From positions 288,001-352,000 of the forward strand of contig CAWJEN010000006.1 in NCBI GenBank assembly GCA_963841915.1: DNA of 64,000 bases. Direction: 5' to 3'. Positions 20,586 through 29,892 of the stretch are shown piece after piece. The position numbers were made by a program, and so were the translations under genes. Numbering within the stretch: the first letter of the stretch is position 1; the number at the start of each line of letters is the position of its first letter. This stretch comes from an uncultured Planctomycetota bacterium (lineage in GTDB: Bacteria > Planctomycetota > Phycisphaerae > Tepidisphaerales > Tepidisphaeraceae). The notes under the pieces were generated by a model, which had not been told where the DNA came from, searched no databases, and saw only the letters and a program-made list of their open reading frames with translations.

Positions 20586-21556
20586 CGCGTCAGCGACAAG
20601 TCGAGCTGCCGAAGGGCCAGGCTCACGTTCACGTTGGCCGACAGGTACCGGTCACAGCGGACGACGGCGTCGATGCGGTCGCAAAGATCAGGCGTCGGCC
20701 GGTCGGCCAGGCGGTGCCGGTAGTGCCGTGCGACGAGACCGAGCCAAAGGCGATATCCGCCGCGGGTGAAGGCGTCTTTGCTGCCGAGCGGATCACGCTC
20801 CAGCTCGGCCTTGGCGGCAGCGTCCGCGGCTGCGGTGAGGAAGTCGGACACCGGCTCACCCGCATCAAGCTGGCTGACCAGCGCCTGGTGGTTGTCGACC
20901 ACGCCGTCGTCGAGGAACTGCATCGCCCGGCCCGGCGCCCCGCCGGCCACTGCAAACGCTGCTTGAGCCGCCTCGGCCGTGACGTGCTGTCGCTTGAGCA
21001 CCGCTGCCGTCTCGTCGGCTGTCAGCTCGCCGAATCGGAACGTCTGGCAGCGACTACGCACCGTCGGCAGCAGCGCGTCGACCTGATCCGTCAGCAACAC
21101 AATCAGCGTGCGACCGGCAGGCTCTTCGAGCGTCTTGAGCAGCGCGTTCTGGGCGGCCGTCGACATCGTCTGGGCCTCCTCGACGATGAAGACTTTGCCT
21201 TGGCCTTCGGTCGATGCACGGTTGGCCGGCTCGACGAGCTCAGGCCGAATGACCTTGACGCTGAGGTCGATGGCTTTGCTCTTGCCGCCCGAATCGTGGT
21301 GACGGATGAGCTGGCGCGTCACCACGTGAAAGTCGCCGTGCGTGCCACCGGCGATACGGCGTGCGATGTCATCCGTACCACCGAGAAAGGCAACCGCCAG
21401 GGCCTGGGCGGTGGTCCGCTTCCCGACGCCGACGGGTCCGGCGAAGATCAGGCCGTGCGGGAGCCGGTCCGATGTCAGCGCCTCGGCAAGCCGCGTGACG
21501 GTCGCGTCGTGTCCGATGATGTCGTCAAGGCCTGGCACGCGGGCGACGGTAGACAC
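20582..21556 (-). CDS. holB: DNA polymerase III delta' subunit
   Basis: IIGHD...LPHGLIFAGPVGVGK, NALLKTLEEP, LLPTVRSRCQ. Confidence 0.88.
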   Translation of the reverse strand: MSTVARVPGLDDIIGHDATVTRLAEALTSDRLPHGLIFAGPVGVGKRTTAQALAVAFLGGTDDIARRIAGGTHGDFHVVTRQLIRHHDSGGKSKAIDLSVKVIRPELVEPANRASTEGQGKVFIVEEAQTMSTAAQNALLKTLEEPAGRTLIVLLTDQVDALLPTVRSRCQTFRFGELTADETAAVLKRQHVTAEAAQAAFAVAGGAPGRAMQFLDDGVVDNHQALVSQLDAGEPVSDFLTAAADAAAKAELERDPLGSKDAFTRGGYRLWLGLVARHYRHRLADRPTPDLCDRIDAVVRCDRYLSANVNVSLALRQLDLSLTR

Positions 21557-21563
21557 GCACGCG

Positions 21564-21809
21564 CTACAGCTCTGTTCCGCAGCTTCGGCAGAACCTCGCG
21601 AATCGCGGGTGACTCGTTCGGCACGACGAGCACGACTTCGTCGCCCCGACCGGAACCGTGCGCCGCTTCGGTGTCGGCAGGAAGATGCAACGCAGGATGG
21701 CCCACAGCCCGATCGTCATGGCGATGACCGCCCAGGCACTGCCCTGGTCCATCGTCCCGTCAAACATGCTGCAGGATCGGGCAAGTACAAGGGTCGTGAG
21801 GTGCTCCAT
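21564..21809 (-). CDS. Small membrane protein with a C-terminal zinc ribbon
   Basis: One TM, then CSSCRTSHPRFARFCRSCG. Confidence 0.7.
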   Translation of the reverse strand: MEHLTTLVLARSCSMFDGTMDQGSAWAVIAMTIGLWAILRCIFLPTPKRRTVPVGATKSCSSCRTSHPRFARFCRSCGTEL

Positions 21810-21845
21810 GATGACGCTCCGGCGTCATGTTATCAGACACCCGCC

Positions 21846-23643
21846 TCACGCGTAGCTGTGTAATCCGACCAGGAAGAAGTTCACGCCGATCCAGTTGAAC
21901 AGCATGATGATGAAGCCGACGATCGACAGGATGGCCGTCCACAATGCCTTGTTGGGCGTGGCGATCCGCACGTGCAGGATCACGAGATAGACGATCCAGG
22001 TGACAAGCGCGAACGTCTCCTTGGGGTCCCAGCCCCACGGTCGGCCCCAGCTCATGTCGGCCCAGACGGCACCCAGGATGATGCCCGTGCCCAGCAGCCA
22101 GAAAGCCAACTGCAAAACGACCACGTGGGCGGCGTCGATGCGCTGCAGCAGCGTCTTGCCCTTCTCCGCCTTGGTTGGCGCGGGGGCGGCGTCAGAGAAT
22201 GCGCCTGCCGAGGTTCCACGTGGAACAGGCAGGAAGACAGCCTGTGCCATCGTGCGGAAGAAGCCGCCGTTGACGGTCGGCACAGGTGCCAGCACGTTGC
22301 CGTTGCCGCGAGCCTTGGCGACAAGGTACCAGACGCCCAACAGGAAGCTCATGCCGATGAGCGCGTAGCTGGCGACGACGGTCGTGACGTGCACGTAGAG
22401 CCAGTAGCTCATGAGGATGCCCTGAGCCTGCTCGAGCTCACCGCCGATGTCGCCGAAAACGTGCGGCGAGGCGAAGAGGGCCAGAAGGCTCAAGAATCCC
22501 ACGAACGCCGCCGCGGCGCCGAAGACACCGCCGCCGGCCTTCTTGCGACGCAGCTCCAGCACGGTGCCGACGATGGCCCCGAACCAGGCGCTGAACATGA
22601 CGCTCTCGAACTGGTTCTTGATCGGGATCGCGTGGAACCAGCCGACGTTGTCACCGCCGGACTGCTCGACGAGCCACCAGCGGACGGCGATACCGACCGT
22701 GTGGACGACCAGCGCCAGCAGCATCGCCCGCACGGCCCAGAGGCGCAGCTTGCGGTGCTTCGCCATAAGCGCTGAGCAGGAACAGCACGAGGGCGACGAA
22801 GTAGACGAACGATCCCGGCAGCGTGAGCCCGCCGAGGCGGTTGTACGCGACTTCGCCCTTACGCTTGAGCTCGGTCGGATAGGCTTGCGGGTTGACGGCA
22901 ATGAGCGACGCAGCGAGCACGTCGGCGGCCGCTTCGATGTCTCCGCCCTCGCTCAGCCATGCCATCCGCAGGTCGCTGGCCGCTTGTGCGACTTTGGAGA
23001 TCGGCTGCTCTTCGACCGGGACGAGCATGCCGTCGGCGTCGACGGTGGCGTAGGTGGCCATGACCTCGGGCGAGGCGATGAGCTCGTCGAGGCTGTGCCA
23101 TTTTCCGTCGCCTCCGTTGCCCGGAGCCGGCGGAATCAGCCGCAACGGCGGGAGCAGCGGTGCCTCGAGAAATGCCCGCGCCGCCGCCTGCTGACCCAGC
23201 AGTTCGTTGATCGCCGGTGCCTTGACGAGGTCGCGGGCGGCAATCTGCTCGAACGTCCGCTGAATCTTCGGATCCGCCAGGAAGATCGGCGACACCTTGG
23301 CCTTCTTGAGAAACTGGTGCTTCTCGTCGCCCTTGAGCCCGACGGCGTCGGCCAGGTCCTGCCGCAGGGGCAGGTGCTTGATCTTGACCATCTCCCGCGA
23401 CGCGTACGCCTCGGGCCGATAGGCCATGTCGAAGACCGTCTGGACCGGCGGCTGACCGTCAATCCGCGACCGGCCGCTGATGTCACCGATGACGCGACGC
23501 GAGATGGTGTCGAGCGTCTTCAGCGTTGAATCGTGCTGCACCGTCGCCCGCTCGAGAGCCGACAGGTCCGCCGCCGCGCAGCTATGCAAAGAAGCGAAGA
23601 GGCAAAGACCCGAGCAAAGGAGGAAGAGTTTGAGGTTGCTCAT
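21846..23643 (-). CDS. ccsA: Cytochrome c biogenesis protein CcsA/ResC (system II), frameshifted near 22765
   Basis: WLYVHV, GAVWADMSWGRPWGWDPKET and GLHSYA; N-terminal part (22651-23643) and C-terminal part are in different frames. Confidence 0.88.
22212..22227. promoter_or_regulatory. parS site inside ccsA
   Basis: GGTTCCACGTGGAACA, encoding VPRGT in a loop. Confidence 0.8.
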
Positions 23644-23702
23644 CTTGCAGTGTTTCTGAGGACTTCGCTCCGACTTTGCCTCTTAGCGGCTTTGCGTTTC
23701 TG
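23586..23702. repeat. Palindromic MITE/REP-like element, copy 1
   Basis: Arms 23586-23619 and 23663-23702; right arm 34/40 identical to 42958-42997. Confidence 0.75.
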
Positions 23703-23704
23703 AG

Positions 23705-25855
23705 TCACCGCCCGACGGCTGCGAGCGCCCTCGCCTTGCGGCGGTTGATGATCACCGGCTTGACGTAGAACGCGAACAGCAGGCCCAGCACGATCATCAC
23801 GCAGCCGAGCGTCATCGTAAAGACGCCTGGCCGATTGCCCACGCCCAGCACCGTAAATGCCTGGTTCTCCGGGTCCCACTGGCTTTGGAACAGCAGCCAC
23901 GACTGCTTGGGCCAGATCGCTCCGAGCGGGCCGGCAACGGGCACATTGAGGTAGTGCGGCCGATTGAGGCTCACCGTCGCCTCGTGCTCGACACCGCCGC
24001 GCGGCTCGATCGACAGGTTGCTCTTGAAGTCGCGCATGGCCGAGTTGGCCGTGAAGTCGCCGGCGTACGGCACGAGTTCGAAGTCGTCGAGCCGCACCCG
24101 CGCCGGAATCGGCCGTCGCGTGTTGCCGAGCTGGAAGCGAAGCGGGTCGGCCAGCCCCGGCACCGTCACGGCCGACGGCTGCCACGGAATCTGGTCAATC
24201 CACTGCGTGTAAGGGACATGCACCGTCTCGCTCCAGTCGCCGCGACTGACCCTCAGCGTCACGACCTGGTTGATGCCCGCCTGGGCTTCGCCGCTGTCAC
24301 GCTGTTCGAGCGGCACGTCCTGCACCCAATCACTTCGCATGACGGCGTCGGCCCGCTCGACGTCGAGGTCGAGCGTGCGGTCCGTCACTTCGCCCGTCGC
24401 AGGATCGCGACGTTTGCCGTTGATGGCGAGTTCCAGCAGGCCGGCGTCGATCTGCTCAAGCCGAGCCGGCAGGTCACCGCGGGTGACGAGGTGGTAGAAC
24501 CCAGGCTCGTTTTCCTTCGTCAGCAGCGTGTGCCGCTCGTCTTCGCCCGCCCGCGGGAGCAGGTCGAGGGCGTCGTTGAGGGCGTAGTGCAGGTGCAGGT
24601 TGGCGTCGACGACTTCCGTCTGCCGCTGCCCTTTGGGGCCGCTGCCTTCGATGCCGAGGATGAAGTCCGTTTCGTTGTCCTGGCCGTCGATGACGTAGCG
24701 ACGAAACGGCTTGCCGTGCGGCGAATCGGCAGGCGGGTGAATGATCAGCTCCAGCAGATCGACCGGCTCGCCGCTGCCCGACAGCGGGAAACCTGGCAGA
24801 TACGCGACGGCCTCGACCTCATAACCCGTATCGCCGAAGGCTTTGCGATCGCCGGGCTCGAGGGTGACGCTGCCGCTGACGACTTCGTCTGCTTCGTGCT
24901 CGCCTGGGGCGTGGTCGTGATGGTGGTCGCTTCCGACGGACCAGTTGAGTTCGTGCCCGACCCTGGCGGCAGAGGCGAGCAGTTCGCCCGTCAGGTCATC
25001 ACCGCGGTGCAGGTGGCGGATCCGAAGGGTGGCAAACGAGTCATCGTCGGCGTCGTCCCGCGGGTGACCCGGCTGTTCGCCGACGATCCAGCTCGAGCGT
25101 TGGTGCCCTTCCTGCGGGTCACGCAGCGTGACCTTCAGGCCCGTCAACTCACCCATGCCGTTGGAATACGTCGCCTGGGTCAAGGCGTACGGGTGGTAGC
25201 CGATGACGTCGATAACAAGCGGCTCACCGCCTAGGCCGAGCGCGTCGCTCGCGTTCATCTCGCGGCCTTGACGGGTCTGCTCGTCGTAGGTGAAGAACGT
25301 CGGCTCAAGCCCCGCCAGCCCACGGCCGGCGAGATAGCTCGCGTCCTCATAGCTGTTGAAACGGGGCAGCCCGTCGAGGCTCATCGGCACGGCCTTGCGC
25401 TTGCCTGCCGTGGCGTAGAGGGCACGCTCGTGGGCGTCGTAGTACCAGTCGACCTGCTCACCCGTGCGAATGAGCGTCAATCCCTCGGTCTTCTGCGAGA
25501 AGTGGAACGTCATGCCGAAGATCAGCACGACGATGCCGGCGTGAATCGTCCAAACGCCCAGCCGCGGGAGCGTGAACGGGATGCGGTTGAGCGAGACGGT
25601 CAGCAGGTTGGCCACGAGCAGACCGGCCAGCACCCACATGGGCCAAGCGTTGAAGAACTCGGGGTCGCTCATCTCGAACCACGCCCGCAACGCCGGGAAC
25701 CCGCTGCCGACGGCCACGAAGAGGCCGAGGGCGACCATAAGGAAGATGCCGAAGTAGACGCTGTTAAGCGTCTTGTCCCAGAGCGACACGACAAACGCCA
25801 CCGCCGCCGGTGGCGGACGGCTGTTCTTCGGCGAAACCGGCGTGGGACGCGGCAT
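23705..25855 (-). CDS. ResB/CcsB-like cytochrome c biogenesis protein
   Basis: Three N-terminal TMs with GVWTIHAG, a large periplasmic region, SLNRP...FQS, and a C-terminal TM; upstream of ccsA. Confidence 0.8.
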   Translation of the reverse strand: MPRPTPVSPKNSRPPPAAVAFVVSLWDKTLNSVYFGIFLMVALGLFVAVGSGFPALRAWFEMSDPEFFNAWPMWVLAGLLVANLLTVSLNRIPFTLPRLGVWTIHAGIVVLIFGMTFHFSQKTEGLTLIRTGEQVDWYYDAHERALYATAGKRKAVPMSLDGLPRFNSYEDASYLAGRGLAGLEPTFFTYDEQTRQGREMNASDALGLGGEPLVIDVIGYHPYALTQATYSNGMGELTGLKVTLRDPQEGHQRSSWIVGEQPGHPRDDADDDSFATLRIRHLHRGDDLTGELLASAARVGHELNWSVGSDHHHDHAPGEHEADEVVSGSVTLEPGDRKAFGDTGYEVEAVAYLPGFPLSGSGEPVDLLELIIHPPADSPHGKPFRRYVIDGQDNETDFILGIEGSGPKGQRQTEVVDANLHLHYALNDALDLLPRAGEDERHTLLTKENEPGFYHLVTRGDLPARLEQIDAGLLELAINGKRRDPATGEVTDRTLDLDVERADAVMRSDWVQDVPLEQRDSGEAQAGINQVVTLRVSRGDWSETVHVPYTQWIDQIPWQPSAVTVPGLADPLRFQLGNTRRPIPARVRLDDFELVPYAGDFTANSAMRDFKSNLSIEPRGGVEHEATVSLNRPHYLNVPVAGPLGAIWPKQSWLLFQSQWDPENQAFTVLGVGNRPGVFTMTLGCVMIVLGLLFAFYVKPVIINRRKARALAAVGR

Positions 25856-25977
25856 GGGCAGCGATGGTACGAGCTACCGGCCGGACCCGTTCCTTCAAAG
25901 CTCAACCGCGTGGCGATGTGCCGCGGTTGCTGCTGAGGCAGCGCGTCACTCAGATGACTCAAAAGCGAAATGTTCCG

Positions 25978-26005
25978 TTGACAAGCAGGCGTAGGCCGCT
26001 ACCTT
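25978..26005 (+). promoter_or_regulatory. Sigma70-type promoter of the rtcB leader
   Basis: TTGACA-16 nt-TACCTT. Confidence 0.6.
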
Positions 26006-26128
26006 GCCGGCCCGTCATGCGTCACGCCTTACTCGCCAACCTTAAGCAGCCGCCGGCAGCCAATGCTGTGCGATGTCTTTGTGGGCAAATGGCTCATGAC
26101 CTGACGGGACCTGTTCTGCCGCGGACTT

Positions 26129-26187
26129 CAAGCCGCCTGCGACCCGTCGGAAACTTCCCGACCCGTCGCAGGCGGCTTTGTTTTGTT
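26129..26187 (+). terminator. Intrinsic terminator/attenuator upstream of rtcB
   Basis: AAGCCGCCTGCGAC...GTCGCAGGCGGCTT stem followed by TGTTTTGTT. Confidence 0.7.
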
Positions 26188-26210
26188 CCGAAGGAGAACA
26201 CGTGTTTGTC

Positions 26211-27617
26211 ATGAAAGAGAAAGAACTCAGGAAGATGGGCGTTGCGCCCGAACTCGTGCCGCGTGTCCGCAAGCACGTCAAGCAACTCGCCGCCGCCGGC
26301 GTTTTCGACGGTCGCGACGCCAGGAAGAACCTGTGGCCGGTCGTCAACGACCCGGCGAGCTTCGTCGACAGCGAGCACTGGGGCGAGATCGCGCCGGCCC
26401 TGCTGGAGGCCAAGATCGCGCACGAGAACCGACACCCGTTCACGCCACGCGAGACACCGGCCGAGGTTGCCATCTGGGGCGAAGACCTCGACGCCAACGC
26501 GCTCGAGCAGATGGACGTGGCCTCGACGCTGCCGGTGGCGGTGCGTGGCGCGCTCATGCCCGACGCCCACCTCGGCTACGGCCTGCCCATCGGTGGCGTG
26601 CTGGCGGTCAGGAACGCAGTCATCCCGTACGCGGTCGGCGTCGACATCGCCTGCCGTATGCGGCTGAGCATCTACGACCTGCCGGGCGAGCGGCTCGAAG
26701 GGCTTCGCGAGAAGCTCAAGGGTGCGATCGACAGCGAGACGCGCTTCGGCATGGGCAGCGAGTTCGACGAGCCCAACGACCACGACGTGCTCGATGCCGA
26801 CTGGACCGTCAGCCCGATCACCAAGCGGTTTCACACCAAGGCCCGCAAGCAACTCGGCACGAGCGGCAGCGGGAACCACTTCGTCGAGTTCGGCACCGTC
26901 ACGCTCGATCACGAAGACCTTGGCCTGCCGGCGGGGACGTACCTCGCCCTGCTGTCGCACAGTGGCAGTCGTGGCACAGGTGCCAGCGTGTGCGACCACT
27001 ACAGCCGCCTGGCGATGGACCAGCACCCGGAGCTGCCCAAGCCGCTCAAGCACCTGGCGTGGCTCGACCTCGACAGCGAGGCCGGCGCCGAGTACTTCGC
27101 GGCGATGAACCTCATGGGCGACTACGCGGCTGCCAACCACGAGATCATCCACAAGCGTGTCGCCAGGGCGGCGGGCCTGAAGATCGCGACGACGGTCGAA
27201 AACCACCACAACTTCGCCTGGCTCGAAGAGCACGACGGAGAACAAGTGGTCGTCCACCGCAAGGGCGCAACGCCCGCAGGCGAGGGCGTGCTGGGCGTCA
27301 TCCCCGGCTCAATGGCCACACCCGGCTACGTCGTCCGCGGCAAGGGCAAGGCCGAGTCGCTCAACAGCGCCAGCCACGGTGCCGGCCGCGTCATGAGCCG
27401 TCGCCAGGCGAGCCAGACGTTCCGCTGGAACCACGTCAAGCCGCAGCTCGAAGCGGCCAACGTGGAGCTGATGAGCGCAGGCCTGGACGAGGTGCCGGGC
27501 GTCTACAAGGACATCGAAGCGGTCATGGCCGCCCAGACGGACCTTGTGGACGTGGTGGCACGCTTCGACCCACGCATCGTGAAGATGGCCCCCGCCGGCG
27601 AGAAGGCGGAGGATTAG
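26211..27617 (+). CDS. rtcB: RtcB-family RNA ligase
   Basis: MPDAHLGYGLPIGG, GVDIAC, GNHF, HSGSRG, NHHN, HRKGA and SHGAGR motifs; SD AAGGAG (alternative GTG start 26202). Confidence 0.95.
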   Translation: MKEKELRKMGVAPELVPRVRKHVKQLAAAGVFDGRDARKNLWPVVNDPASFVDSEHWGEIAPALLEAKIAHENRHPFTPRETPAEVAIWGEDLDANALEQMDVASTLPVAVRGALMPDAHLGYGLPIGGVLAVRNAVIPYAVGVDIACRMRLSIYDLPGERLEGLREKLKGAIDSETRFGMGSEFDEPNDHDVLDADWTVSPITKRFHTKARKQLGTSGSGNHFVEFGTVTLDHEDLGLPAGTYLALLSHSGSRGTGASVCDHYSRLAMDQHPELPKPLKHLAWLDLDSEAGAEYFAAMNLMGDYAAANHEIIHKRVARAAGLKIATTVENHHNFAWLEEHDGEQVVVHRKGATPAGEGVLGVIPGSMATPGYVVRGKGKAESLNSASHGAGRVMSRRQASQTFRWNHVKPQLEAANVELMSAGLDEVPGVYKDIEAVMAAQTDLVDVVARFDPRIVKMAPAGEKAED

Positions 27618-27620
27618 ACG

Positions 27621-27650
27621 AACGCCCCGACGTGCAACCGTCGGGGCGTT
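27621..27650. terminator. Hairpin between convergent genes
   Basis: AACGCCCCGACG-TGCAAC-CGTCGGGGCGTT. Confidence 0.7.
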
Positions 27651-27677
27651 GTCGTTGAATGATGAAGCTGCAATCGT

Positions 27678-28358
27678 CTATCTGCGTCGACGCAGCACGA
27701 GCCCGCCGGCGGTGGCAAGAGCGAAGGCAGCGCCCGGCTCAGGTATGGCGGTGTCGTCGAGAACAAAGTAGAACGGGCCGAGGTCGGCCGCGACGAAGTC
27801 GCCGTCACCCGACACGTCGGCGCGGGCGGCTGACATGCCGCCCATGAAGCTGCCGGCGACCCAGAAGAAGTCATCGTCGAGATCGTTGGCCGTGTCTGCC
27901 AGCACCGAGAACCATAGCGTTTCACCCGCCGGCAGAGACGTCGGCGTGACGTTGGCGGCAAACTCGTAGAGGTCGCCGCCGAACACGTCGGATCCTGTGT
28001 CGATCACATCGGCGGCGGTGGCAAAGTTGATCGCGGTGCTTGACAGCACTGCCGACTTGTCCGGCAGGCCACCCGCATCGGCGTAGAAGATCACGTCGAA
28101 TGACAACGGAAACGTCGGCGTGTCATTGAGCCCGTACGCGCCACGCCAGACGACGCTCCGCACTGTGGCGGGCGTCGCTAACGCAAAGTTGTCGGCCAGC
28201 TGCTCGCCGTCGGTCGTCGTGTCGCGGTCCGATTGATCGGCTGACATGATCACCGTCGGCGTCTGCGAGAAAACGGGAACAGCAGCTGCCCTGTCAAAAC
28301 AGACGACCACAGCGGCCGTCGACATGACAAGCAGCACACTTGCATTTTGATGTCGCAT
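27678..28358 (-). CDS. PEP-CTERM sorting domain protein
   Basis: Signal peptide; C-terminus IPEPGAAFALATAGGLVLRRRR. Confidence 0.88.
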   Translation of the reverse strand: MRHQNASVLLVMSTAAVVVCFDRAAAVPVFSQTPTVIMSADQSDRDTTTDGEQLADNFALATPATVRSVVWRGAYGLNDTPTFPLSFDVIFYADAGGLPDKSAVLSSTAINFATAADVIDTGSDVFGGDLYEFAANVTPTSLPAGETLWFSVLADTANDLDDDFFWVAGSFMGGMSAARADVSGDGDFVAADLGPFYFVLDDTAIPEPGAAFALATAGGLVLRRRR

Positions 28359-28507
28359 TTCTCTTTCCCTTTGCATTTCCACCCAAACTCACCGGCCTGC
28401 CCGCCACCTTGACACGACTCGACCTGTGACGGCGACAACGTAAGGCCTTGGATCAGAAACGCAAGGCCCGGTGCAGCAGGTCGGCTCGCGGTGTCTGGCG
28501 ACTCGGC

Positions 28508-29794
28508 TCAACCACGGAGCAGCGGCGGTGCTTCCCAATTGCCGCCGAGGATGGTCGCAACGGTCTTGGGATCGCAGTCGAGCCACTGGTTCAGAACGCT
28601 CGCGTAGCACGTGCGGAAGTCGGTCGTGTACTTGAGGTCGCCCGCGTCGAGGTCGATCAGCGACGGGTGCGTGCCGAGCAGGCCTGGCTGGGCGAGTCGG
28701 TCGCTGACGAAGAACATCGGGGCGGCGGCGCCGTGATCGGTGCCGCCCGAGGCATTTTGCTTGACCCGGCGGCCGAACTCGCTGAACGTCATGACAGCCA
28801 CACGATCGCTGTTGCCCTGATGCCGCAGGTCGGCCATGAGGGCATCGATGCCGGTGGCGAGTTCGGTCATCAGGCGGTTGTGCTTCGCCTGCTGGCCGGC
28901 GTGCGTGTCGAATCCGCCGAGGCTGACGTAGTAGACGCGGGTGGGCAGTCCGCCGCGGATCATGGCGGCCGTCGTGCGCAGCGCGTCGCCGAACTTGCCA
29001 CGCGGGTAGTCCTTTGGCGGCACGTGACCGTTGATGGCTGCCAGCACCTTGTCGCTGCTGACGCGGGCGTCCATCGCCGTGCGGGTCAGGAACTCCATCT
29101 CTTTGCCGTGCTCGCCGCCGAGGTGCAACGCCGCCATCGCGTCGGCGTCGCCGCCCTTGTACCGATAGTCGGCCGGGCTCTCGAAGCTCAGCGGCATGAC
29201 CAGGTCGCCTTGCATCGCCAATTGATTGTCTTCGCCGAGACTCACGCCCATCTGTGGGTCGGCGGCGACCGCGGCGTCGACAGCGTTGCCCTTCGGGTCG
29301 CTGCCGGCGCACTGGGCATCAAAGTAGCGGCCGAGCCAGCCGCTGCGCAGCGCTTCGCCGCCCGTGTCGGCACTGTGCCAGACATCCATCGACTGGAAGT
29401 GGCTGCGATTCGGGTTCGGGTAACCCACGCCCTGCACGATGCTCATGCGGCCTTCGTCGAAGAGGCCTTTGATCGGCGACAATGCCGGGTGCAGGCCGAT
29501 GTGGCCGTCGATCTTGAGCACGTCGTCGCCACCGAATCGGATCATCGGCCGGGCCGCGTGGTAGGCGTCGTCGGCGTAAGGAACGACGGTGTTGAGGCCG
29601 TCGTTTCCGCCTGAAAGCTGAACAACGATGAGGATTTTACCATCCGTGCCGCTATCTGGCTGCGTGCTTTTAACGTCGAGCGGATCGCCGACGGCAAAGG
29701 CGGTGCGGCTGACAAACGACGGCACGCTCGCCCCGGCGGCGACCATCGTTAGGCCCTTCGTCAGGAAAGCACGGCGGGTGGTGGGCGTGGGCAT
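28508..29794 (-). CDS. DUF1501 protein with a TAT signal
   Basis: TRRAFL, GGNDGLNTVVP, NRSHF, GGFDTH, SEFGRR, GTDHG. Confidence 0.9.
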   Translation of the reverse strand: MPTPTTRRAFLTKGLTMVAAGASVPSFVSRTAFAVGDPLDVKSTQPDSGTDGKILIVVQLSGGNDGLNTVVPYADDAYHAARPMIRFGGDDVLKIDGHIGLHPALSPIKGLFDEGRMSIVQGVGYPNPNRSHFQSMDVWHSADTGGEALRSGWLGRYFDAQCAGSDPKGNAVDAAVAADPQMGVSLGEDNQLAMQGDLVMPLSFESPADYRYKGGDADAMAALHLGGEHGKEMEFLTRTAMDARVSSDKVLAAINGHVPPKDYPRGKFGDALRTTAAMIRGGLPTRVYYVSLGGFDTHAGQQAKHNRLMTELATGIDALMADLRHQGNSDRVAVMTFSEFGRRVKQNASGGTDHGAAAPMFFVSDRLAQPGLLGTHPSLIDLDAGDLKYTTDFRTCYASVLNQWLDCDPKTVATILGGNWEAPPLLRG

Positions 29795-29892
29795 GGTCGG
29801 TGGTGAAAAGAAACGAGTGATAAGGAAACGAGTGCAGAAGGACAGCGGAGCGGGAACTTGCTCGTTCCTCGGTCCTTACTCCTCGTTGCTCG

